This document shows, piece after piece, positions 28,356 to 37,111 of a stretch of 44,422 bases of DNA. Source of the stretch: Kagunavirus 536P11; the sequence record OZ035764.1, one strand, 5' to 3'. Every line of letters begins with the position of its first letter. Positions within the stretch are counted from its first letter, which is position 1. A program made the translations under genes and the position numbers. A model generated the notes under the pieces. That model had not been told where the DNA came from and made no database searches. It was given only the letters and a program-made list of their open reading frames with translations.

Positions 28356-28504
28356 TCCAGCACCCACAGATAAATTGCGACTAACATACCCAATACGGCG
28401 ACTAACATACCCAATACGGCGACCATCATGCCGTATTGACCCTCGTGGCAGTAGACACCGGCGGTGAATCCCGCCAGTACTGCGATAATCAGTTTACTTA
28501 GCAT
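28352..28504 (-). CDS. small membrane protein with internal tandem repeat (50 aa, not in ORF track)
   Basis: RBS AGGAG 8 nt upstream; MLSKLIIAVLAGFTAGVYCHEGQYGMMVAVLGMLVAVLGMLVAIYLWVLE; overlaps 3' end of DNA polymerase gene. Confidence 0.4.
   Translation of the reverse strand: MLSKLIIAVLAGFTAGVYCHEGQYGMMVAVLGMLVAVLGMLVAIYLWVLE
28382..28423. repeat. perfect 21-bp tandem direct repeat x2 (TAACATACCCAATACGGCGAC)
   Basis: in-frame duplication giving VAVLGML twice in the small membrane ORF. Confidence 0.8.
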
Positions 28505-30695
28505 AGCGTTTTAACTCCTGCCCTTCCGCTACAAGAGGGAACCCCTCGGCCCACTCAGGCAGAGAACACATTAATTTTTCCAGTTCGGCCACCGTGTACT
28601 CAGGGGTATCTGGGGTTTCACATACCAGTTCATCGTGTACCGAAAGCACGATAGGATACCCGCCACGCTCAACGTTAATCATCGCATATGCCAGTAAATC
28701 ACGGCACAGCGCCTGGACAATGTTTTCACATGCTTTACCGCCGTGGGTGTATAGAGTTGTCCATTGGCGGGTTAACTGGTTTTCGCCCTGATACTTGATT
28801 CGGACATTCGTGTTTACCCGTCCATCTTCGTCTGTTTCCTTTGTCACACTAACGCCGATTCCCGGATACGAGAGGATACGGCCTGACGGCAACTCCATAC
28901 ACAACCACCAGCCAGGAACCTTCCTGCCCGACGAATCAAATTCTACGGTACGCCATATGCGGATAGCCCTTTCACCATTCCGGCGCAAGTGTGCCCCGGC
29001 CCAAAATTCACGACCAGGATTACGAACAGCGGCTAAAATTCCGTCTTTAAGGTCGCGCCAGAACGCTACTGTTTCCGGGTGTGACTCGCGCCACATACGC
29101 TTGATTGCATCACATGTGCGCCACACTTTCTTGTCCAGAATATATGATGGTCGGTCATCCTTTTCACCTGGATGCGGTGGTCGCTTGGCTTCCTGAATAC
29201 GCGCCCACTCATACCCACGTGCGGTAGCAGCCCAGATGTGGTCGGGGAAAGTCCCGTCCATTGTTTTTGCCATCTCAATAAGGTCAAGACCTAAGTTTTT
29301 AGCAAACGTAACGAACGCTCCGACGCCGCCCTCGTAGCCGAGACCCAGTTCGCATGCTTTGCCTATCTGTCTGATTTCCTTAAAGTTTTTCTTAATATCG
29401 TCGGGGTCCATGCCAAACATCTTACCTGCGGTTACACAGTAAATATCCAGTCCGGCACGGAACGTATCGAGCGCGGTTTCTTCTCCTGCTAACCACGCTA
29501 ACCCACGACCTTCGACGTTAGAGTAATCAGCTACGACAAACTTGTGCCCGGCTTCCGGTATGATGCAGCTACGGACCGTCGATGCCGTCAGCTTGGCTAC
29601 GTCAAATCGGCGGTGAGCACGACCCTTAAGTAACGCTGAAATGCCTTTATCCAGTTCATCATCGTGATAGTAACCGCGCGCCAGGTTCTGCGGCTGAAAG
29701 CCTTTACCCGCCCATCGCAGAGTGCGTTTTGCCCCGCCGTACTGCAAGCAACCACGACGGCGGTCGTCAGACGAGCGGCCCAACAGAAGCGGGTTATATT
29801 TCGTGGACGCTGTTGACGCGGCACCGAGGCGCATTTCGATAATCGTCCGGGCGTCGTCCGGTAAATCATCATCTGCCAACAGGTCGTTAAGCGTAGACTT
29901 CTGCGCGTTGTGAATACGGTGCGCAGGCGCAAGTTCACGCAGAATCGGCAGAAAGTCCTTACCCGTAAGCGAGCCTCCGTATTTGCGCTGGGCTTCTTCC
30001 TGTAACTGCGCTTTATGTTTCTCTACGGCATCAATAGCGGCTTCCGCCAGTGCGACGTCAACCTTAAACCCGCGGTCATTAATTAACTGGTCCAGTTCCA
30101 GTACGCGGTCCTCGAACTCGGAGTTACCCCAACGCGGCAGCTTATGGAAGACTTCACGCATCGCAGTGATGTCGCTCACGGCGTACTTGATGAACAGCGC
30201 CCACTCATCAGGGTGTGTTTCGGCGGTGTAGCGTCTGATTTTGTAGTTCTTCGGCGTCGGCTTAGAGAAACGCTGAATCAGCGCCTTGCCGCGTTTATCT
30301 TTCGCATTGTCAGCGGACACGCCCAGCACTTCGCACAACGCATCAAGTGACCCCGGCAGCGCGTGACGAAACGCCCAAATCATTGTATCAATGGTGTTGC
30401 TTACCGGAATATCAAAGTCCCAACAGTGCTTCATGATGAGCCTGTCGAACATTGATCCGTTGTGCCATACCATCTTAATGCGACTGTTTGGCTTAACCAG
30501 GCGGCGTAACGCACGATGCAAATCACCCGGCATGTCGCTGCCGTCGGTGCAATCCCACACCCGCACAGGCTCGTCGTCAAAAGCATAGGTACAGATAAGC
30601 ACTTCGGTTGACGGGTGTTCGGCGTAAGCGTAGGAACCGACTTTCTTTAAATCGGCTTCGGAGAATGTTTCAAAGTCCAGGTATAAGTAGCTCAT
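28494..30695 (-). CDS. DNA polymerase I-like (family A) with 3'-5' exonuclease domain
   Basis: exo motif LDFETF; pol motifs DYSNVEGR, RQIGKACELGLGYEGG, VHDELV; start at M19 (ATG 30695, RBS AAGGA) preferred over track start 30749. Confidence 0.8.
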   Translation of the reverse strand: MSYLYLDFETFSEADLKKVGSYAYAEHPSTEVLICTYAFDDEPVRVWDCTDGSDMPGDLHRALRRLVKPNSRIKMVWHNGSMFDRLIMKHCWDFDIPVSNTIDTMIWAFRHALPGSLDALCEVLGVSADNAKDKRGKALIQRFSKPTPKNYKIRRYTAETHPDEWALFIKYAVSDITAMREVFHKLPRWGNSEFEDRVLELDQLINDRGFKVDVALAEAAIDAVEKHKAQLQEEAQRKYGGSLTGKDFLPILRELAPAHRIHNAQKSTLNDLLADDDLPDDARTIIEMRLGAASTASTKYNPLLLGRSSDDRRRGCLQYGGAKRTLRWAGKGFQPQNLARGYYHDDELDKGISALLKGRAHRRFDVAKLTASTVRSCIIPEAGHKFVVADYSNVEGRGLAWLAGEETALDTFRAGLDIYCVTAGKMFGMDPDDIKKNFKEIRQIGKACELGLGYEGGVGAFVTFAKNLGLDLIEMAKTMDGTFPDHIWAATARGYEWARIQEAKRPPHPGEKDDRPSYILDKKVWRTCDAIKRMWRESHPETVAFWRDLKDGILAAVRNPGREFWAGAHLRRNGERAIRIWRTVEFDSSGRKVPGWWLCMELPSGRILSYPGIGVSVTKETDEDGRVNTNVRIKYQGENQLTRQWTTLYTHGGKACENIVQALCRDLLAYAMINVERGGYPIVLSVHDELVCETPDTPEYTVAELEKLMCSLPEWAEGFPLVAEGQELKRYAK

Positions 30696-30847
30696 TTCTT
30701 TTTCCTTAAATCCAGTGCCTTCGTTTCGCTTAATCGTATTTTCATACAATCACGGCAAATCCACACATGCCTGTACCCAGCCCGGTACTCATCTGCGTAC
30801 CAAGGAAGCGGTTTCATATAGCGGTATACGTGCTTACAGAAAATCAT
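30692..30847 (-). CDS. hypothetical small Cys-containing protein (51 aa, not in ORF track)
   Basis: stop TGA overlaps polymerase ATG (ATGA); MIFCKHVYRY...WICRDCMKIR; alternative is that the region is polymerase N-terminal extension. Confidence 0.3.
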   Translation of the reverse strand: MIFCKHVYRYMKPLPWYADEYRAGYRHVWICRDCMKIRLSETKALDLRKKK

Positions 30848-30861
30848 TATTTTGACCCTTA

Positions 30862-30886
30862 GTAAAAAGGCCCAATAAAGGGCCTT
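30862..30886 (-). terminator. terminator hairpin (AAGGCCC-AATAAA-GGGCCTT) with U-tract on minus strand
   Basis: directly after stop of 30906-31535 gene. Confidence 0.5.
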
Positions 30887-30905
30887 AATTAAACAGATTC
30901 AGATA

Positions 30906-31535
30906 TTAACCACGGCGGCGACGTTCGCGGCGCGGTGCTTCATCTTCTTCGTCGTCTTCCAGGTCATTGACACTGGCTGCAACTTTAGAACCGCCGAACG
31001 CTTTACCTTCGCCTACGTATTTAATTGCCAGCAGGTTAATACCGAGAACTTTGTACTTCTGGCTGAACCAGATTTCAACGCTTACGTTAGCGACGCAGCC
31101 GCTGTAAACCTGTTCACCTTCAATCTGCTCGCCGTCTACATTGAAGTCCTGCTCTACCTGAGTCTCGCCTTTTTTGGAGGTTACAATCAGTGGCTGTTTC
31201 TGAGCTTTCGCTTTGAAGTAGAAGCCTTCCGGGAAGTCTTCAAACGGATTGTCGCGCTCGGCAATGTCCTTAATAGCACATTTATCCATGTGCTTACCTT
31301 CGCCGTAGTTGGACTTCATCCATTTCTCGGCGGCGGCTGCACCTAACGCTTCTTCAACTACAGCGTAAACGGTGTCGTAGAGAGCGTCGATTTGAGCATG
31401 GTCAGACGGCAGGATAATAGTCGCGCTGTACTGGCCTTTAGTGATTGAGCCATCATCGTTTTCACGGTCTTTTTCGCGTTCAAATACGTTAACCCATGCA
31501 GTGTTTACTTTACGCAGATTTAATTTCAGTCCCAT
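30906..31535 (-). CDS. DUF2815-like protein (possible ssDNA-binding)
   Basis: 209 aa with acidic C-terminal tail; conserved neighbour of the nuclease and polymerase genes. Confidence 0.4.
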   Translation of the reverse strand: MGLKLNLRKVNTAWVNVFEREKDRENDDGSITKGQYSATIILPSDHAQIDALYDTVYAVVEEALGAAAAEKWMKSNYGEGKHMDKCAIKDIAERDNPFEDFPEGFYFKAKAQKQPLIVTSKKGETQVEQDFNVDGEQIEGEQVYSGCVANVSVEIWFSQKYKVLGINLLAIKYVGEGKAFGGSKVAASVNDLEDDEEDEAPRRERRRRG

Positions 31536-31588
31536 TTGATTTCTCGCTTTTCAGTTTACTCCGGGAAGCTGCCCGGCCAGTGATTAGA

Positions 31589-31617
31589 ACTATAATAGCT
31601 AACTATTCAGGTGTCAA
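31589..31617 (-). promoter_or_regulatory. early promoter with operator (minus strand TTGACA-17-TATAGT, core AATAG-N4-CTATT)
   Basis: plus strand TATAATAGCTAACTATTCAG at 31591-31610. Confidence 0.55.
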
Positions 31618-31621
31618 CACT

Positions 31622-32884
31622 TTATTCTAAATCTTCTTCACTAACCTGATTCCACTCAGGACGTTTGTCGTCTGCCGTTGCGACACATGGCGCACCGGGC
31701 TTACGGGTAATGAAGTCTTTCAGTTCTTCTTCCGGTATAACTTTAACGGCCTCGGTCGGCGTCATAAGCACTTCTTTAGTCAGCTTGTCGCCGTACTTCT
31801 CGAATACCGCATCGGAATCTTTCCACGCACGGTTGCCCATCTTACCCTCAACCAGCTTGTACCCCGGCACTTTCTTACCGGAATGCAACGCGGCAGCCAT
31901 AGCTTTCTCAACCTTGTCGATGTGTTGACGCAACAACGGCAACTTCTCATACTCGGTTACGAGTTGCTCTGGTGTCAGTTCCAGTGCAAAATCGTCCTCC
32001 AGTTCTTCCGCCAGTACAGAATTAACGGTTTTTGTACGTGCGGCACATTGTTCAGAGAACCGACACCACTGACAGCCATCGACCGACGGCTTGAAGTCCG
32101 ACGCTTTAAGGTTCTTTTTACCACGGAAATACGCATCTAATGCTAACAGTGCACGTTTCCGTGCGAACTTAGCGAACAGTTCCAGACCTTCAACCGAGAT
32201 GTCCCACTCCGACGCGCCCCCAGCGTACGGCTGGAAGATGACCAGACGAACAACTGTGATGTTATATCGTCTCTTGAGTCGGCGATAAACACCGAGAGCA
32301 TAAAGCATAAGCTGCTTGTTTTCTTTCGCTTCAACACGGTGCCGTCCTGTTTTAAGGTCTCCAATAATGAGCATGTGCTCGTCAGTGTTAGCCAGTTCCT
32401 GCACGGCAACAAGGTCAGCGGTCCCGAACGTCTCAACGCCTTCATATCCCGGATGCAGCACCTCTGTAAGATTGACGCGCATTTCCAGCTTAGCGTAAGT
32501 CGCCACGTCTATAATCGCCTTGCAGTAGTCGGTATACTTGCGCACCTGCTCAATCATGTCAGCCGTGATTAGTACAGCGCCTTTCATCGGACTAATTAGC
32601 GCCTTAATCTGGCCTTTACCCTCGTCCAGCACGTAAGCGCCGACTTCACGCTCTAGTGGCAGTGCATTGCCGCGGATATAGGCGTTGAGATGTACCTCAG
32701 CTATGGTGTGCATAGCCGTGCCTAATACCGCGGCTTTACCGGACGTGTTGGGGATATCTTTCTCACAGGCCAGTGATGCGGCGCAGCTTAGCCACTTTTT
32801 AGCCCCGGACGGCGATAGTAAAGCGTGTACGTCGTTATTGCCACCGCGTTCTTTTAGTTTCATGCTCTTAAACTCCCACCCCAT
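31622..32884 (-). CDS. PD-(D/E)XK nuclease (DUF2800 / Cas4-RecB-like) with C-terminal Cys cluster
   Basis: 420 aa; IGDLK...E.K nuclease-like core; C-terminal CQWCRFSEQC. Confidence 0.5.
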   Translation of the reverse strand: MGWEFKSMKLKERGGNNDVHALLSPSGAKKWLSCAASLACEKDIPNTSGKAAVLGTAMHTIAEVHLNAYIRGNALPLEREVGAYVLDEGKGQIKALISPMKGAVLITADMIEQVRKYTDYCKAIIDVATYAKLEMRVNLTEVLHPGYEGVETFGTADLVAVQELANTDEHMLIIGDLKTGRHRVEAKENKQLMLYALGVYRRLKRRYNITVVRLVIFQPYAGGASEWDISVEGLELFAKFARKRALLALDAYFRGKKNLKASDFKPSVDGCQWCRFSEQCAARTKTVNSVLAEELEDDFALELTPEQLVTEYEKLPLLRQHIDKVEKAMAAALHSGKKVPGYKLVEGKMGNRAWKDSDAVFEKYGDKLTKEVLMTPTEAVKVIPEEELKDFITRKPGAPCVATADDKRPEWNQVSEEDLE

Positions 32885-33058
32885 TTAACTTTACGCGTTT
32901 TGCGTTTATATGCGCACGTGTCGCCGCTACGGTTGAATATAATCAGCCAAGTCGAGTTGCTTACTCGAAAAGGCTGGTGGCGTTTAATAAAGAGAAGTCG
33001 CGCTTTACGGTTCGTCATTCTGTAAACTCCTAAATCCACGCGAAATCAGAATACATAA

Positions 33059-33337
33059 TTACAAACATGCTCTGTTCTCCCACTGGTCAATTAAATGCCG
33101 TGTCTTATGGTCGCAGTGCATAGCCCATCCATACATAGACTCGAAGACATAAAAGTCAGGTTTGGCGAAAGTCGTGCGCTTAATCTGCGACACGTGACGG
33201 CCAATATCTTTGGGCCTCGGTGCTTTCCCTAAGTACGCCATCTCGTCCATCTGGTGCGCACCGGACGGCGCACGTAATAGCCATAGCGCCTCTGCGTTAT
33301 CCCGCCTGTCAACGGCGCGGTAGAGTTGGTAAATCAT
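33059..33337 (-). CDS. hypothetical protein
   Basis: 92 aa ORF. Confidence 0.4.
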   Translation of the reverse strand: MIYQLYRAVDRRDNAEALWLLRAPSGAHQMDEMAYLGKAPRPKDIGRHVSQIKRTTFAKPDFYVFESMYGWAMHCDHKTRHLIDQWENRACL

Positions 33338-33380
33338 AATTCCGACCCTCAGTTAAAGCGGCCCGAAGGCCGCGGGATAG

Positions 33381-33833
33381 TTATTCTTCTTCGAAATACT
33401 TGTTCTTGATTGCCGTCAGGCGTTCCAGGTACTCGGCCAGGTCTTCGTCTTTAATCGCAGCAATCTTCATCTTCTTACCCGTGAACTCCTCCAGCAGTTC
33501 ATCAGAATCGTCGCACGCGGCGTCGCTCGGGCCTTCGTTAATCGCATCGTCGATAGCCTGAATCTGGTCACGAAGAGACTGATAATCGACTTCTTCTTCC
33601 GGCTCTGGCGTAGGTTCCTCTACTTTAGCTTTACGCGGTTTGCGTTTCGGCTTCTCTTCTTCCGCCGGTTTAGTGTCAACGAGGTCTTCACCTTCAACCG
33701 GGATTTCTTTTGTTGCAACAGTAGGTGTGATTGTTGCAGTTTCAGCAACGACAACTTGTTTCACACTGTTCGTGGCAATTAGTTCATGCGCAACTACGAA
33801 ACGTTCCAGTAATACTAAGAATTTCTCTAACAT
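33381..33833 (-). CDS. acidic hypothetical protein
   Basis: 150 aa, D/E-rich with central basic patch; RBS GAGGAG; first gene after promoter 33865-33893. Confidence 0.45.
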   Translation of the reverse strand: MLEKFLVLLERFVVAHELIATNSVKQVVVAETATITPTVATKEIPVEGEDLVDTKPAEEEKPKRKPRKAKVEEPTPEPEEEVDYQSLRDQIQAIDDAINEGPSDAACDDSDELLEEFTGKKMKIAAIKDEDLAEYLERLTAIKNKYFEEE

Positions 33834-33864
33834 TTGTTTCTCTCCTCTCGTTTGGCATGGGCTA

Positions 33865-33893
33865 AATATAATAGCTAACTATTCACATGTCAA
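33865..33893 (-). promoter_or_regulatory. early promoter with operator (minus strand TTGACA-17-TATATT, core AATAG-N4-CTATT)
   Basis: plus strand TATAATAGCTAACTATTCAC at 33867-33886; divergent from 33913-33930. Confidence 0.6.
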
Positions 33894-33912
33894 TGGGCTT
33901 TTCTAAAATAAT

Positions 33913-33930
33913 TAATATGGTACTATTCAC
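33913..33930 (+). promoter_or_regulatory. operator-bearing extended -10 promoter (TGgTACTAT)
   Basis: TAATATGGTACTATTCAC about 30 nt upstream of the XRE-like gene start. Confidence 0.45.
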
Positions 33931-33957
33931 ATATCAACTAACTAAGGAGTAACTGAC

Positions 33958-34173
33958 ATGCAACCATCTGAGCTAGGCATCCGTGTAGAACAACGCCGTA
34001 AAGAACTCGGCATATCCCAGCGCCGTCTGGCTGTTCTGGCTGGCGTTTCCCAGGGCGCGATTAACCAGCTGGCACTCGGAGTAACTCAGGACGTCCGCCC
34101 GGCAACGCTGTTTAAACTGGCGGAAGTGCTGCAAGTAGACGCTAAGTGGCTGGCGTTCGGTGAAGGGGCTTAA
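33958..34173 (+). CDS. XRE/Cro-like helix-turn-helix transcriptional regulator
   Basis: 71 aa; HTH ISQRRLAVLAGVSQGAINQL; plus-strand gene inside minus-strand module, flanked by operators. Confidence 0.75.
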   Translation: MQPSELGIRVEQRRKELGISQRRLAVLAGVSQGAINQLALGVTQDVRPATLFKLAEVLQVDAKWLAFGEGA

Positions 34174-34190
34174 CGCCCCTTTCTTTTTAC

Positions 34191-36500
34191 CTACTCCAAA
34201 TCCTCCTCTGTCACTGTCAACATTTCATTCGGTTCGTATATTGTCTTCGGAATCTTGTTATCCGTTATTCGGGTGTTAAGCCTGTAACGGCCTGGGATTA
34301 TCTGGTTGTTTTCGTCAGTCCCAGGCACAAGATACCCGGCCTCAACCATTTTCTTAATCTTCCCGCGTTCTATGGCTTCTTTGGAGTTAAACGCCTTCGC
34401 GTTGGGGTCGGACTGTGCGAGTTTATTCGCGGCAGCTACCGTGATACCTTCGTTGCCGTTGTAGGTTCCTTCCGCCAGTTCAAACGCCGCCAGTATCGTG
34501 GCCTCTGAACTGTTGACGGCGTTCTCTACGGTTTTACGTACGTTTTCTTTACCTCCCTTTGTCAGCCCTTCTTCCCGCTCTTTCTCCTCGTCGGTCTTGA
34601 ATGGCTCGAAACCCCACGGCATCAATACAAGCGCCTTATGCGGTTCCGGCAGGTCGAGGTTTACTATTGTGCCGTATTCCTCTGTGCTACCGAGGAACTC
34701 AACAGCGCGGTACTCTTTCGGCGGCGGAGCTTCGCGGAACTGTACAGACTCGAGCACCATACCAACCGTCTTCTGTTGAGGGCCATGCTTAAATTTCGAG
34801 TGGTATACGTTTATCTGGCGGTCGGTTGCACGTTCAATTGTCAGTTCCACGTCGACGCCCGCATACAGCGCCCCACTACCACGGGCTTTCTTTCCGCCCT
34901 TCGGGGTATGATGGACAACGCCCACCGCAGCTTTAGTCGCGTCACGTACTTCTTTCAGGATGGCGATAACTTTACCCATGCCGATTGCCGTCGATGAACT
35001 GTTCTCGTCGAACTTATCAATCGTCAGCGCCAACGTCTGGTTAAGGGTATCGAACGCAACCATGCCAATTGGCTCGTCGCCAGCAGTTTCACGCATCAGC
35101 TTAATCAGGCTTTTCAGTTTGCCGACTTCACCCATATCGATAACGTGGATGTAGTTCTTCCCCTCCTCGCCATATTTAGCCGCGAGTGCGTCGATACGTG
35201 TGCATGTAGCTGCGCCACCCTCACCGTCGATATAGAAATGGTGGCAACGCTGGGTATCGGCCCCCGCAAACCGGTATCCAGCGGCGCTCAGGTACATCAT
35301 CCCCAGCGTATAGAAGGATTTGTACGTGCCGGATTCCCCAACAATATCCCATATGCAATCCGAGGGCATGTACCCCTCAACGACGAAATCAGCCTTTACC
35401 GGTTCCGGTAACTCGTCCTCCTCTGAGTCCTCGTCGTCTTCCAGGTCATCGAGGCTGCATTCGACCGTCTCACGCGCGCCCCAGCCGATGGCCTCAGCGA
35501 CTTCACTGAACGGTAGACCGGTCGCCTCGCAGGCATATTTCCATACCTCTTTCGGCGACATACCCTCTGTTGCCGTCAGGTCGGTGTCGTGAATCATGGT
35601 TACGTTAGGCGCGGCGTAACCCTCTCGCGGAAAGCACAGCAGGAAATCATCCGGGCGCGGTGTCGGGTCGCTGTAGTTCTCGGCGTGCTCAGGCGTCGCG
35701 GGCATCTTCAGGCCGCGCGGTGTGATGACACCACCATACTCGAACGCCAGCGCTTCGAAGGCGTCCGTAAACGCGGTGCGCAGTTCTTCCGGTATCTGGT
35801 AGTCCGATGCGCTGCTTACCTCGTAATCCGGGATGCCTTCCAGCAGGCGGTCAGGGTCTATCAGGTCATTGCGGCGCGACCAGACGACCTCAGAGTTAAC
35901 CGGCGGCAGGTACATCGGCTGAGACAGGGTGAACCCGCTGCGGTCTGCGCCCATGCCTTTAAAGAAATGCTCCAGCAGACCGTGACGGACGCGGATGATA
36001 TCACCGCCTTCTACCGGGCGCGCCAGCGGCATGACGACACGGAAACGCGGCGATTCGTCGGTGTGCGATGCCGTGGTGTAAATGCACATGGCTTTACGAC
36101 TGCGCTTAACCAGGCGCACAGCTTCCTGATACTCTTCCGGCGTCGCACTGTCGAAGTCCAGATAAGCGAGCGACGATTTGCTTACAGACGCGTCGCAGCG
36201 ATAGAAGAAGCCTTTACGCGCCTGCTTAAAGTCACTGGTTTCCGGGTCTTTTACGGTGCTGTGCGTTGAGTCACACGCCGCGGTGATATAACCGGGAGCG
36301 GTCTTCGGGTTAACCCCATCGCGAACGGCATCGAGTGGCTGAATTAGCTCTTTCAGGTCGTCCAGTGTTGCCGTGTGGGTTGTTCTGACGTTTATATCCT
36401 TTTTCTCTGCCCGCGCGTTGCGACGAGACCACGAGTAGGATAAAATTACATCGGACATGTTGTATATTCCTTCAGCAAGTAATTTAGCCTCGGCGTTCAC
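34191..36500 (-). CDS. DNA primase / helicase (P-loop NTPase domain)
   Basis: 769 aa; Walker A-like GESGTYKS; largest gene of the replication module. Confidence 0.55.
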   Translation of the reverse strand: MNAEAKLLAEGIYNMSDVILSYSWSRRNARAEKKDINVRTTHTATLDDLKELIQPLDAVRDGVNPKTAPGYITAACDSTHSTVKDPETSDFKQARKGFFYRCDASVSKSSLAYLDFDSATPEEYQEAVRLVKRSRKAMCIYTTASHTDESPRFRVVMPLARPVEGGDIIRVRHGLLEHFFKGMGADRSGFTLSQPMYLPPVNSEVVWSRRNDLIDPDRLLEGIPDYEVSSASDYQIPEELRTAFTDAFEALAFEYGGVITPRGLKMPATPEHAENYSDPTPRPDDFLLCFPREGYAAPNVTMIHDTDLTATEGMSPKEVWKYACEATGLPFSEVAEAIGWGARETVECSLDDLEDDEDSEEDELPEPVKADFVVEGYMPSDCIWDIVGESGTYKSFYTLGMMYLSAAGYRFAGADTQRCHHFYIDGEGGAATCTRIDALAAKYGEEGKNYIHVIDMGEVGKLKSLIKLMRETAGDEPIGMVAFDTLNQTLALTIDKFDENSSSTAIGMGKVIAILKEVRDATKAAVGVVHHTPKGGKKARGSGALYAGVDVELTIERATDRQINVYHSKFKHGPQQKTVGMVLESVQFREAPPPKEYRAVEFLGSTEEYGTIVNLDLPEPHKALVLMPWGFEPFKTDEEKEREEGLTKGGKENVRKTVENAVNSSEATILAAFELAEGTYNGNEGITVAAANKLAQSDPNAKAFNSKEAIERGKIKKMVEAGYLVPGTDENNQIIPGRYRLNTRITDNKIPKTIYEPNEMLTVTEEDLE

Positions 36501-36516
36501 GCGTCGGGGCTTTCTT

Positions 36517-36807
36517 TTATCTTTTGGCCAGACATTCCATCAAATGCGCGTACTTACGGTAATAATCTACGACAATCTCATCGCCGAAATACTGATAAAT
36601 GTACGCTAAGTGGTCAGAGACACCGATGGAGGCCGACATTGTGCTGAGTCTTCGGAGACTAATCAACTGCAATTCTTCTGTAACGCAAAACGGTGAATAA
36701 GAGTCCAGCTTACAAGAAACGTTAAAGCACAACGCGTACTCGCCTTGCGCTAAATAAACCATATAAGCATTGTCGTTCTCTTTATCGTGGAAAATTACAC
36801 CTTTCAT
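36517..36807 (-). CDS. hypothetical protein
   Basis: 96 aa ORF. Confidence 0.4.
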   Translation of the reverse strand: MKGVIFHDKENDNAYMVYLAQGEYALCFNVSCKLDSYSPFCVTEELQLISLRRLSTMSASIGVSDHLAYIYQYFGDEIVVDYYRKYAHLMECLAKR

Positions 36808-36974
36808 TTCACGTTCTCCTTAATCCACGCTTCAACTTTATTACGGTCAAATGTTCCCGGTAAACGGCGGCCCATTACTTTAACGCTGCAATCAGGAAAC
36901 TTTCCACTCTTAATCCAGTTATTAATCGTCTGGCGGGTGACGCCAATTAATTCTGCGACTTCATTGATAGTCAT
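36804..36974 (-). CDS. small HTH DNA-binding protein (AlpA/excisionase-like fold)
   Basis: MTINEVAELIGVTRQTINNWIKSGKFP; RBS AGGAGA; track start 37064 would place the upstream inverted repeat inside the coding region. Confidence 0.55.
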   Translation of the reverse strand: MTINEVAELIGVTRQTINNWIKSGKFPDCSVKVMGRRLPGTFDRNKVEAWIKENVK

Positions 36975-37014
36975 TTCACGCTCTCCTGTGTAAGATGTAT
37001 CGAAGTATAAGGCG

Positions 37015-37054
37015 GTAACTTTGTAAAAGCAACCAAAACCGAACACAAAGTTAC
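37015..37054. promoter_or_regulatory. 10-bp perfect inverted repeat GTAACTTTGT-N20-ACAAAGTTAC (putative operator)
   Basis: upstream of the minus-strand HTH gene and next to the divergent promoter at 37080. Confidence 0.45.
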
Positions 37055-37079
37055 TAAGATACAAAAGATGCTACTGGTA

Positions 37080-37108
37080 TTGACTTTTACTTAAAAATAT
37101 GCTAAGCT
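37080..37108 (+). promoter_or_regulatory. sigma70-like promoter TTGACT-17-TGcTAAGCT (extended -10)
   Basis: same architecture as 5134-5162. Confidence 0.5.
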
Positions 37109-37111
37109 TCA

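Noticed and set aside
35589-36269. 226-aa plus-strand ORF inside the primase-helicase gene
   Set aside because: Antisense to the 769-aa minus-strand gene; Arg-rich translation, no RBS, no operon context.
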